Shown here one piece after another: positions 9,439 through 17,571 of a stretch of 49,891 bases of DNA. Positions within the stretch are counted from its first letter, which is position 1; every line of letters starts with the position of its first letter. This DNA is from Nanobdellota archaeon (GTDB taxonomy: Archaea > Nanobdellota > Nanobdellia > Woesearchaeales > GW2011-AR9). The DNA is taken from assembly GCA_038044525.1 (NCBI GenBank), contig JBBSZV010000025.1, positions 1 through 49,891 of the forward strand, read 5' to 3'. Under the pieces are notes generated by a model. It had not been told where the DNA came from. It did not search any database and saw nothing but the letters and a program-made list of their open reading frames with translations. The position numbers and the translations under genes are program-made.

Positions 9439-9841
9439 TCACTTTCTCTCTCAACAGCGTCGATTTATGCTTCCCTGATTTAAACGGTTTCGCGCGGCAT
9501 ATTTCCGGCTGCAAACCGCGTTCTTTTAACTTCACGACCAATTCTTTCTCGCTGATTTGATGATCGTATCCCAAGAAAATGACATCGGGTTTCTTTTCTT
9601 CAATAATCTTAAAATAGTCTTCAGGATAACCGAGCACCGTTTCGTCGACAATTTTTAATCCTTTTACCAACTCCAGGCGTTCCTTTTCAGAGAAAATAAT
9701 CTCTTTCTTTTGCATCAGTTTAGTTTTATCTAAGGCAATTACCACCATCAGATAATCCCCGTATTTCTTGGCCTGCTGAAAATAGTTAAGATGGCCCAGA
9801 TGCAATAAATCAAAAGTGCCGAAGCACATGACGGTTTTCAT
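9425..9841 (-). CDS. Cytidylyltransferase-like nucleotidyltransferase (RibL FAD synthase / TagD-like)
   Basis: 138 aa. GTFDLLHLGH (HxGH) motif at the N-terminus, typical of the small cytidylyltransferase family. Confidence 0.75.
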   Translation of the reverse strand: MKTVMCFGTFDLLHLGHLNYFQQAKKYGDYLMVVIALDKTKLMQKKEIIFSEKERLELVKGLKIVDETVLGYPEDYFKIIEEKKPDVIFLGYDHQISEKELVVKLKERGLQPEICRAKPFKSGKHKSTLLREKVIKGY

Positions 9842-9937
9842 AGTGGGAATTAATGGTTGTTAATTATTTAAATCTTTGCTTCAAACTCTCCCGCTAATTA
9901 CAAAGAGATAAGATTAAATAGTTTTTCATTTTTTAGA

Positions 9938-11131
9938 TTGGAAATGAAAAACACTATTAATCTCTCCCCCTGGTATGAAGATGAGAGAATAGTTGAAGAC
10001 TATCTAAAAGAAGCACCCAATAAGAAAGAAATTCATTGGTTTGATCTGCCTAATGGAACACAATTTTTACTAAAACACTTCCCAGATAATTTACATAGAT
10101 TGGGTAAAAGTAATTTTGTTAGTATAGAAAGATTGAAGAAAGCTTGTGGATTAAGTAAAGAAACTAATAACCTTATTATTGGAATAAAAAGAACGATGAA
10201 GGGAAATGATTGTTTAAATGTTAATTTTCCAATAAAATTAGAAAATCATGAGTACACAACTCTTTATTCATTGATGCTTTCTGAAGGATCTACTTCTTCC
10301 GAATTTTCGTTAAACGTTCCAGAACAATTTTTCCATGAGAGGTTCAAAATAAAAATAGGAAATTTAATATCTGAGGATTTTTCTAAAAATATTGCAGTAG
10401 ATTTCCAGAATGGCTTCAAGAGATCTAGAGCTCCTGCTAAAATAAGGCATTTAATTCCTGTAAGTGAACATATCCCCAAGTTTATTCTGCTTAACAAAGA
10501 ACTTGCTAGAGAATATCTTAAAATAGCTTTTGAGGCTGAGGGAAGCCCCATACTAAACAAGAATCAGATAAAAAGATATATTAAACTTTCCAGGTATGTT
10601 GATATTTCAAAATATGTAAATGTAGAACTACCTCCCGATAGAAGAGTTTATACTGGAGAGATTCAAGAAAAATACCCCTTACTCTACGATAAAATCAAGG
10701 AATTTCCCCCGCTTCCACTATTAGGTGAATTTATTCTTCTAAAAAAGCATTTTAGTATTAATAGTAAAATCACTTTAGAAGCAATTAAACAAAATAAAAC
10801 TGCTTTTCGAGCAGGTAAGGTTAGTGCACGTTGGACGTTACTAATCTATGCAGACGACATAAATAGATTCATTGAAGAGATTAATTTTATTTCAAAGAAA
10901 AAAAGAGAAATGTGTGAAGAAATGTTAAAAATTAGAGCAAATAGACGCCAGTATTCAACATTCGAGTTTATTAGAGCAGTTGAAAAAAATGGAATTATAG
11001 CAAGAAAAGATTTCGTAAGCATCATGAAGAAACAAGGCTACAAAAGCCCAAGCTGTTATATTCACCGATTTGAGAAAAAAGGTTTACTAGAAAGAATTGA
11101 GAATGGGAAATATAAATTACTTGTTAATTAA
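9938..11131 (+). CDS. Hypothetical protein with two LAGLIDADG-like helices and a C-terminal winged-helix
   Basis: 397 aa. Two helix-(S/A)EGS motifs (LMLSEGS, AFEAEGS) about 110 aa apart, and a basic wHTH-like C-terminus. Confidence 0.35.
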   Translation: MEMKNTINLSPWYEDERIVEDYLKEAPNKKEIHWFDLPNGTQFLLKHFPDNLHRLGKSNFVSIERLKKACGLSKETNNLIIGIKRTMKGNDCLNVNFPIKLENHEYTTLYSLMLSEGSTSSEFSLNVPEQFFHERFKIKIGNLISEDFSKNIAVDFQNGFKRSRAPAKIRHLIPVSEHIPKFILLNKELAREYLKIAFEAEGSPILNKNQIKRYIKLSRYVDISKYVNVELPPDRRVYTGEIQEKYPLLYDKIKEFPPLPLLGEFILLKKHFSINSKITLEAIKQNKTAFRAGKVSARWTLLIYADDINRFIEEINFISKKKREMCEEMLKIRANRRQYSTFEFIRAVEKNGIIARKDFVSIMKKQGYKSPSCYIHRFEKKGLLERIENGKYKLLVN

Positions 11132-13228
11132 GATAGCTTTTTTTATTATCAATTGGCCTGAATTTTCCGAACTCATTGATTTTCCCGTTTTTATTAATAA
11201 TATTTTTTTCTTAAACAATGGGCAATCTAGAACTACTGTTTCGGCTTCACCGCCTTCAAAAGCTTCATTAATTCCTACTTTTTTATGTAATTTTTTAAGA
11301 TCATCAATCATTTTCTGATCGATTTTCCTTCCTAACCAACCCTTATCCAATCCTTCTGCGGCGACTGAAGTTAAAATAATCTCAAATCCGTTGTCAAGCA
11401 GTTCCTGCATATGCTGATCCTGCGGCTTATGCCATAAGGGGGAAAATATCTTCAGGCCTAATTTATCGCAGATATTTTCGATCCGATCCCGCTGGTATGT
11501 CGAGAATAATGCGCCGGAAACTACACCTTCTATCCGATATTGCTCTTTTGCTTTCAGCAGGGCGGTTTCCAGATCCTCCAGCTCTGCTTCTTTCTCGCCT
11601 TTGGTTTTCTGGATGATGATCGGCAATCCCATCGCTTCTGCCTGCAATTCTACCAGCTCGGTTCCTGCGGTTTGGAACATATACGAATCTGGATTTTCTG
11701 ATCGGATATGGATAAGGCAGGTTAATCCATAATTCTGTTGTTTCATTATGTACGCCGCTGCCGTGGAATCTTTTCCGGAAGAGAATAAAACGCCCAGTTT
11801 TACATTGTGAGAGGGATAAAATGTTTTTAGATAGGCTGATTTTGAAGGAAATTTGTTTTTCTTAGCTAATTTTCCCAGCGCATAATCAAATTTGGAGCCG
11901 TACTGTGCGGCCGTCTTTTTGCGGAAGGCAGATCCTTGCGGAATCCCTTTTTCCAAAGCAATAACCCGCAGGATGTATTTAGTGACCCCTTCTTTGATCT
12001 TGTACTTGCCGGGAATCTTCAAAGCGTAATCTATCAGCTTTAGATCCAAAAATGGAAGGCGCAGCTCCAAGCTATTATCCATGGTGAGCACATCATCCCG
12101 GTATAAGTCGCGTTCATACATTTTTAACAACCCAGACACGCATTCCTGATTGATGTTCGCGGAATTCTTATGCCGCTCATAGCCGGCAAATATCTCTTCG
12201 CTGCCCAAGCCGGAGAAAATAACCTTGCAGCCATCTTCCTTAGCCATCTCACAGGCAACATAGAAAGTCAACGCTACGCCAACTTTTACTACATTAGAAT
12301 CTTCGATCAAAGGGACAATTTTTTGCAGATAGGAAGATATCTCTTCCAATTTAATTTTTTTGACTTTCAATTTCAGCCCTAACTCCCGGGCAACCTTTTG
12401 TGCGGATTCCAGATCGGCAGGGACGGCTTCTGAATCTAATACTGCGGTATAACAAGTGAAATCGCAGCCCCGATCTTTAAAGGATTTGGCCAGATAAGTG
12501 GAGTCTATCCCCCCAGAAAATAAAAGGCCGAATCTCTTGCCGGGAATCCTTTTTTCGACAGCCTGGTCAAGAAGGGCGGCAGTTTTTTCTTTAAGAATAT
12601 CAAATGATTCTGCAGTTTCTGGAAGATAAGAAAAAAATTCCCGATTGATGAATTCTAATCGGTTTTCTTTTAATCCATATTTGATCCTGCTTCTCGGATT
12701 GAGTTCCTGGATGTCGAGAAAACCTAACTTTTCCAGCGCTTTCTTTTCGGAAGCGAAAGCAAAAGCATCGGTGTTATGGACAAACCAGAGCGGTTTTTCT
12801 CCCAGGATGTCTCTGGCCAGATAGAGGGTATTTTCTTTCCAATAAGCAAAAGCGTAAACTCCGTCCAGCTCCTGAAGGTTATCTATCCCAAATTTATCTA
12901 AGAAAGATAAGAGCAGTTCTGCATCGTTTTTGACCTTAAAATTATATTTTCTATTAAGTTCTTCCCAATTGTAAATCTCGCAGTTAGCCGCCAATAAGCC
13001 TTCTTTCTTCAAGGGCTGGGGCACTTGGCTTACTACTGCGTGCAGGGAATGACCGAGAAAATGTTTGCCGGATAAAGAAGTGAATTCATCCAGCTCTTTA
13101 TGATGCTGGATTTCCCTGCTGCCGGCGATGCCGAAACCATCCCGGCCCCGGTTATGAAGCAGAGCTAACGCCGTTTTTACTTTAGCAAACGCGTCCTTTT
13201 GGTTGAAAATCCCGATGATGCCACACAT
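11117..13228 (-). CDS. Asparagine synthetase (glutamine-hydrolysing) fused to a Dph6/MJ0570-like PP-loop ATPase domain
   Basis: 703 aa. N-terminal MCGIIG Ntn glutaminase, central SGGIDS PP-loop (AsnB), then a C-terminal domain with SSGKDS and EGGEAETVVLDCPLF, which is the MJ0570/diphthine-ammonia ligase signature. Confidence 0.8.
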   Translation of the reverse strand: MCGIIGIFNQKDAFAKVKTALALLHNRGRDGFGIAGSREIQHHKELDEFTSLSGKHFLGHSLHAVVSQVPQPLKKEGLLAANCEIYNWEELNRKYNFKVKNDAELLLSFLDKFGIDNLQELDGVYAFAYWKENTLYLARDILGEKPLWFVHNTDAFAFASEKKALEKLGFLDIQELNPRSRIKYGLKENRLEFINREFFSYLPETAESFDILKEKTAALLDQAVEKRIPGKRFGLLFSGGIDSTYLAKSFKDRGCDFTCYTAVLDSEAVPADLESAQKVARELGLKLKVKKIKLEEISSYLQKIVPLIEDSNVVKVGVALTFYVACEMAKEDGCKVIFSGLGSEEIFAGYERHKNSANINQECVSGLLKMYERDLYRDDVLTMDNSLELRLPFLDLKLIDYALKIPGKYKIKEGVTKYILRVIALEKGIPQGSAFRKKTAAQYGSKFDYALGKLAKKNKFPSKSAYLKTFYPSHNVKLGVLFSSGKDSTAAAYIMKQQNYGLTCLIHIRSENPDSYMFQTAGTELVELQAEAMGLPIIIQKTKGEKEAELEDLETALLKAKEQYRIEGVVSGALFSTYQRDRIENICDKLGLKIFSPLWHKPQDQHMQELLDNGFEIILTSVAAEGLDKGWLGRKIDQKMIDDLKKLHKKVGINEAFEGGEAETVVLDCPLFKKKILLIKTGKSMSSENSGQLIIKKAILINK

Positions 13229-13251
13229 ATATACTACGGAATATAGGTGTT

Positions 13252-14346
13252 TTATAAAAGTTTATGGGGATTAGGGAAGGTTCTTCTACCTAACTCTTTT
13301 GTTATCCATTCTTCCTGCTTTTGGCAAATGGTGTAGGAATTGCCCAGTAAGGCATAACCTTTCCAACCGTTAAAAATATCAAATACTTGCTGCACAGAGA
13401 CTTTTTCTGATCCATAATCTTCAAAAAGCAAAATCATCTTTCTTCGGAAGGTGCGTAGATTGCGTTTCCTAATTAATTTATGATGATAAAAAATGCGGAA
13501 GCCAAGAAGATTTATCCCGCTACTCAAGGGAATTATTTTACACTTATCTGAATGCAGCTCAACCCTGAGAGAAGATAAAAATTCTTTTATTTTAGGTTCA
13601 TATTCCCGAAGAGCTGTTTTTGATTGATGAAAAACAACAAAGTCATCAACATAGCGAAGATAATATTTTGCTTTCAATTCATGCTTGACAAAATGATCTA
13701 ACTCATGAAGGTAAATGTTGGCAAAGAACTGGCTGGTCCAGTTGCCTAGAGGCATGCCCTTTCCAGAAACACCAGAATTGTAGTTGTTGAGAATTGCAGT
13801 AATCAGCCATAATACCTCTTGGTCTTTAATCCTCTTGCTGATAATGCCTATTAACAACTTATGATCAACATTATCAAAGTAACGCTTAATATCGCACTTT
13901 AAAGCATAACCTTTGACTTGGTTGTTGTTTTTAGCTTCTTTGACCAATCTTCCATTTCGGGTTACTTTTCGGATAAAAATAGCTGCTCGCTTCAGCGCTA
14001 AAAATGTTCCCTTGCCTCTTCTGCTGGCGTGACTATCGTAAATGAATCTCGGCTCAAAGATAGGCTGCAAGATATTAACTAAAGCATGATGAACGATCCG
14101 ATCCCGGAATTGGCTGACGCAGATACGCCGCGTTTTAGGGTCGCGAAGAATAAAAATCTTCAGGGGTTGGGGTTGATAGGTTTTATTGCACAATTCATGA
14201 TGCAGTTTCCAAAGATGATACTGCCAATGCTCAGCAAATTCAGCTACGGAAGGCGGGGATAATTTTCCTTTTTTTGCTTTTTGGTATGCTATTTGCAAAT
14301 TATCAAAAGAACAAAGCTTTTGGTATAATTTCTGGTATGTTTTCAT
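13252..14346 (-). CDS. Diversity-generating retroelement reverse transcriptase
   Basis: Start trimmed to ATG at 14344-14346 (MKTYQ...). Carries the RT motif 5 YxDD (YLRYVDDFVVF), the DGR-specific motif 4 LGNWTSQ (SQ in place of QG), and an N-terminal SFDNLQIAYQKAKKGK. It lies directly downstream of the TR. Confidence 0.8.
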   Translation of the reverse strand: MKTYQKLYQKLCSFDNLQIAYQKAKKGKLSPPSVAEFAEHWQYHLWKLHHELCNKTYQPQPLKIFILRDPKTRRICVSQFRDRIVHHALVNILQPIFEPRFIYDSHASRRGKGTFLALKRAAIFIRKVTRNGRLVKEAKNNNQVKGYALKCDIKRYFDNVDHKLLIGIISKRIKDQEVLWLITAILNNYNSGVSGKGMPLGNWTSQFFANIYLHELDHFVKHELKAKYYLRYVDDFVVFHQSKTALREYEPKIKEFLSSLRVELHSDKCKIIPLSSGINLLGFRIFYHHKLIRKRNLRTFRRKMILLFEDYGSEKVSVQQVFDIFNGWKGYALLGNSYTICQKQEEWITKELGRRTFPNPHKLL

Positions 14347-14383
14347 GCCTGAAAAAATCCTCAAAATGCTAAGGCAGTCTATT

Positions 14384-14460
14384 CCGCGAGAAGCCCTGTT
14401 GTTGTAGTTGCAGCTGTTGACATTGAACCTGTTGTTGAAGTTGCCACGACCAGCAGGCAG
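14384..14460 (-). repeat. DGR template repeat (TR)
   Basis: 77 bp matching 14723-14799. 7 of 8 mismatches fall at TR adenines on the coding (minus) strand. In the target frame it encodes seven AAC and one AAT Asn codons. Confidence 0.7.
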
Positions 14461-14691
14461 CTCAGTAGCCCCGCCACCTTTCGTTTTCACTGCTGCTCCA
14501 GTCGTTCATCCAAAAGATTACTTGCTGTTGCAGCTGTATTTTATAGCAATGTTGACTAAAAGCCAAGCTCTTGCCGTGATGGCAGGACGTGTAGTCCACC
14601 CTCTCACCTAGCCGCAGTGTGCTGCGGTATGGGGCATTTTGAGGACAACAAACAGGGAAATGATCATTATAAAAAACTTATCGCACATGGT

Positions 14692-15384
14692 TCATTTTTT
14701 CGCGCGCGACGACGGGACTACCCCGCGAGAAGCCCTGTTGTTGTAGTTGTAGCTGCCGACATAGAACCTGCTGCCGAAGCTGCCACGACCAGCAGGCAGA
14801 ATCTGTCCGTCAGCAGGCAAGTATAACTGCGCTCGTTTACCGTCTTCACACATTGCCTGCGGCAGCTGCGCAAACTTCCGCGTGTACAAAAATTCAACAA
14901 GATCATTGCCAAACTGGTTCAAATCGACCAATTTAGTTGATGGAATGCCGGCGATAGAAAAATCTCTCTTACTTTCAAACGTGAAATTTTCCATCACATA
15001 AGTAGAACCATTCCACACCAATCCTTCTGGATCGGTGTAAATTGTAAGTTTATCTTTGTTTCTTTCCATCGCCGCACTCAGCCATTCGCCATAGCTGTTC
15101 AGCATGTCCTCAGCTATTGATTTCTGTTCAGCAGTTACTTTGTTTTCAAGATTGGCGATCAGCAGGCCGAACACTTCCTGCGGACGAGGATGTCTGGTTT
15201 GACCGCGGCTTCTCAAACTGGCCAGGCTAGCGTCGTAGGTCAAAAGTTTCTTATTGCTGCCTTCGTAGGTGGCTTTCGCTTCAAACTTCACATCCTGAAG
15301 CACCAAATAATCGTCTAAGCTATAAGGTGGTTTGATTATCGGCTCCTTTTTCTCTTTCCAGCCAAGACTAAAATCTACCGGCAT
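14692..15384 (-). CDS. DGR variable (target) protein with C-terminal VR
   Basis: 230 aa. The last ~35 aa are encoded by the VR (LPAGRGSFGSRFYVGSYNYNNRASRG). No signal peptide. The ATG lies immediately after the TAA stop of the upstream gene, in the same frame. Confidence 0.7.
   Translation of the reverse strand: MPVDFSLGWKEKKEPIIKPPYSLDDYLVLQDVKFEAKATYEGSNKKLLTYDASLASLRSRGQTRHPRPQEVFGLLIANLENKVTAEQKSIAEDMLNSYGEWLSAAMERNKDKLTIYTDPEGLVWNGSTYVMENFTFESKRDFSIAGIPSTKLVDLNQFGNDLVEFLYTRKFAQLPQAMCEDGKRAQLYLPADGQILPAGRGSFGSRFYVGSYNYNNRASRGVVPSSRAKK
14723..14799 (-). repeat. DGR variable repeat (VR)
   Basis: Counterpart of the TR. TR AAC codons read as AGC/GGC and TR AAT as TAT in the VR. GC-rich IMH-like sequence at 14701-14722, which is absent from the corresponding TR flank. 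Confidence 0.7.
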
Positions 15385-16749
15385 TTAAATCCCCTCTTTC
15401 ACGGTCAATATATAATCAATCGCACTGGACAACAGCGTTTCAGCGTTTTTATGCGTCATTCTTCTCTCTTGATACGCTTGCATCAGCTGCGGTAATTTTG
15501 CGCCATGGGTCTTCTGCGCCTGCACCAGATCGGCAACGATATATGAAACTGCTTCTTCCGAAAGCTGATCCAGCATCTCCCAGAACGTTTTCTGTCCGGG
15601 AAGCTCGACTGCCTGAATAGAGTTATACGCTCTCACGAAAGAAGAAAAATCGTCAATTTTGGCGGCAATGTTTTCAGCTTGGGTAAGCAGGGTCAGGCTC
15701 GGCTTCACTTCTGCAGCATAGACCAGCTCTACTCCTTTGCTGGGAAGTTCTGATATGCTCTCTAAAGGAACCCCAGAATTGATCAGCCATTCTGTTTTAT
15801 CTCTTCCAACTTTACTTTCCAATCCGGCAATCTTTTCAGCTAACCCTTCGGTAAGACGTTCTTCAAAGAATCGCTCAAAGAAAGGTTTACCGGTTTCGTT
15901 GAAGTATCCCCAACGTTTATCCTTATGCACTTCAATGGCGCCAGTTTTGGTTTTAGCAGCGCTACCAAACGTATCTTCTCTATCAATAGCGCATCTTAAT
16001 CCGTTCTTCAACAGGACATGATGTTCTTTATGATTCGCCGCCGCCAAATACAGTTCTCCCTGCTGGTGCACTTCGTTGTATCCAAAAGCTGCTTTCAAGA
16101 ATGTATCAACTCCGGGCGGGGAATAATTAACTACCACTTTCTGACCATCAAGCCGTGCATCATAGCCCAGCTTGATCAGATTCCCTGCAGCTTTTTCAGC
16201 ATTGCTCAATTTAAAGACAGCTCGAGGGTGCCCTAAGCGCTGATAAGCCTGCACTACTTTCAATGGATCCTGCATCTCTTCTAAGGACACAAATTCACCT
16301 AAGGAAATTCCATCCTGGAGCGGAGCAGCGCGATTTCCATCCAGTAAGTTCAGCGTCTGCAGCAGGTGATATTCAGCATTCTGAGCAAAAAGAGCAACAA
16401 AATCAGCCGGAACAAAGAAATCCATGGCCAGCTGGGCAAGATTTTCTAAGAAAACTTTACCGTCCTTGTTATCTTTCCAATAATGCGCCTGAAAGCGATC
16501 ATAATTCTGCAGCAATGGATTTTCAGTTGCTGCTTGTTCTATGGCATTGATACGAGGATCCCATTGTTCAGAGTAAAGCCCTTTAAAGACAGTAGACATC
16601 CTATAAGCCAATTTTTGGTATTCCTTAGGATGCTGGGGCGTTCCTTTAGCGATACTTTCTGCCCGGACAGCATCCATATCTTTCAGTAAAGAATCCAAAT
16701 CTTTGCGCAGATCTGCATCCCGAATATCAACTTTGATTTTTGTGTTCAT
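15385..16749 (-). CDS. Hypothetical protein (DGR operon)
   Basis: 454-aa ORF. Its stop codon directly abuts the target gene's ATG. Confidence 0.5.
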   Translation of the reverse strand: MNTKIKVDIRDADLRKDLDSLLKDMDAVRAESIAKGTPQHPKEYQKLAYRMSTVFKGLYSEQWDPRINAIEQAATENPLLQNYDRFQAHYWKDNKDGKVFLENLAQLAMDFFVPADFVALFAQNAEYHLLQTLNLLDGNRAAPLQDGISLGEFVSLEEMQDPLKVVQAYQRLGHPRAVFKLSNAEKAAGNLIKLGYDARLDGQKVVVNYSPPGVDTFLKAAFGYNEVHQQGELYLAAANHKEHHVLLKNGLRCAIDREDTFGSAAKTKTGAIEVHKDKRWGYFNETGKPFFERFFEERLTEGLAEKIAGLESKVGRDKTEWLINSGVPLESISELPSKGVELVYAAEVKPSLTLLTQAENIAAKIDDFSSFVRAYNSIQAVELPGQKTFWEMLDQLSEEAVSYIVADLVQAQKTHGAKLPQLMQAYQERRMTHKNAETLLSSAIDYILTVKEGI

Positions 16750-16815
16750 GTTGTGCCTCCATAAGCGTAGTTATGCTGATTGGTATTCTGTTCTTTAGGT
16801 TGGATTTGGATCAGA

Positions 16816-17571
16816 TTATTTTTCTTTTTTCGAAAGTTGGACAAAATATACAGGGTATTTAACCATTGTTTCAAGAACAAGGGGGCTGGATATACTAATA
16901 GGTACCAAAATGTCTTCTTTTTTTGGAGTATTCTTTCCTGAGTTCAGGCAGAAATAAAAGTCGTCTATTTCATCCATTATCTGAGCGATGGGAACAGCAA
17001 TATGCTTATACTCACGAAGTAAGGTCTGGTCTTCCTCCAAGGCAGCAAGCCATAGTGCTTCATAATTATCGTCATGTTGCCAATCAAGTTGGTAGCCATC
17101 AATTAGATTATAATCTATAGGAATAAAATCTTGATTAAAATCAGATGCAAGCTCAATGAGGTTTGGACATAGAGGTATAATTTTGAATTTACTGGTTGCT
17201 GCCTTATAAGCTACTCCGGTGCAACTGCTTAAGTTGGCATTGCAGTCAAAAAACTTTAAACGATCTTCCAAATCTCTTTTTATACCTGATTTATCATATT
17301 CTCGGTTAAAATCCTCCACCTTTGCTAAAATACTCTCCCTGATAGTAAGAGGCCGGTATATTTTTTTGCCATCACCTTTCTGATGCAGGGGCTGTAAAGT
17401 GGCTGGATCAGAAGTGCATTTTTTCTGAAGTAGTTGTAAAGATTGACCATAGGTACTATTGCCTTTGGAAAGAAAAAATTCAGCTTCGGAGAAAAGATAT
17501 CCTGGAGTTTCTCCTTTTTTTTCTTCCTTCCCTTTCAAACTTAGGCTCATCTTTACTGGCATAATAATCAT
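16816..17571 (-). CDS. Hypothetical protein (DGR operon)
   Basis: 251-aa ORF. Its start overlaps the stop of the upstream 384-aa gene (ATGA). Confidence 0.5.
   Translation of the reverse strand: MIIMPVKMSLSLKGKEEKKGETPGYLFSEAEFFLSKGNSTYGQSLQLLQKKCTSDPATLQPLHQKGDGKKIYRPLTIRESILAKVEDFNREYDKSGIKRDLEDRLKFFDCNANLSSCTGVAYKAATSKFKIIPLCPNLIELASDFNQDFIPIDYNLIDGYQLDWQHDDNYEALWLAALEEDQTLLREYKHIAVPIAQIMDEIDDFYFCLNSGKNTPKKEDILVPISISSPLVLETMVKYPVYFVQLSKKEK

Noticed and set aside
13252-14346. Alternative call of the RT as a group II intron or retron RT
   Set aside because: There is no maturase/X or endonuclease domain and no obvious intron domain V/VI structure flanking. The adjacent TR/VR pair with adenine-specific differences and the SQ-type motif 4 point to a DGR RT.
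14347-14490. N-terminal extension of the RT ORF (MKTKGGGATELPAGRGNFNN...) running through the TR
   Set aside because: This is the TR read in the target frame. The RT most plausibly starts at the internal ATG (14344-14346, MKTYQ...). DGR TRs are not normally translated.
14408-14912. ORFs 14408..14611(+), 14617..14826(+) and 14718..14912(-)
   Set aside because: They overlap the TR, the TR-VR spacer with its hairpin, and the VR/target gene on the wrong strand or frame. Spurious.
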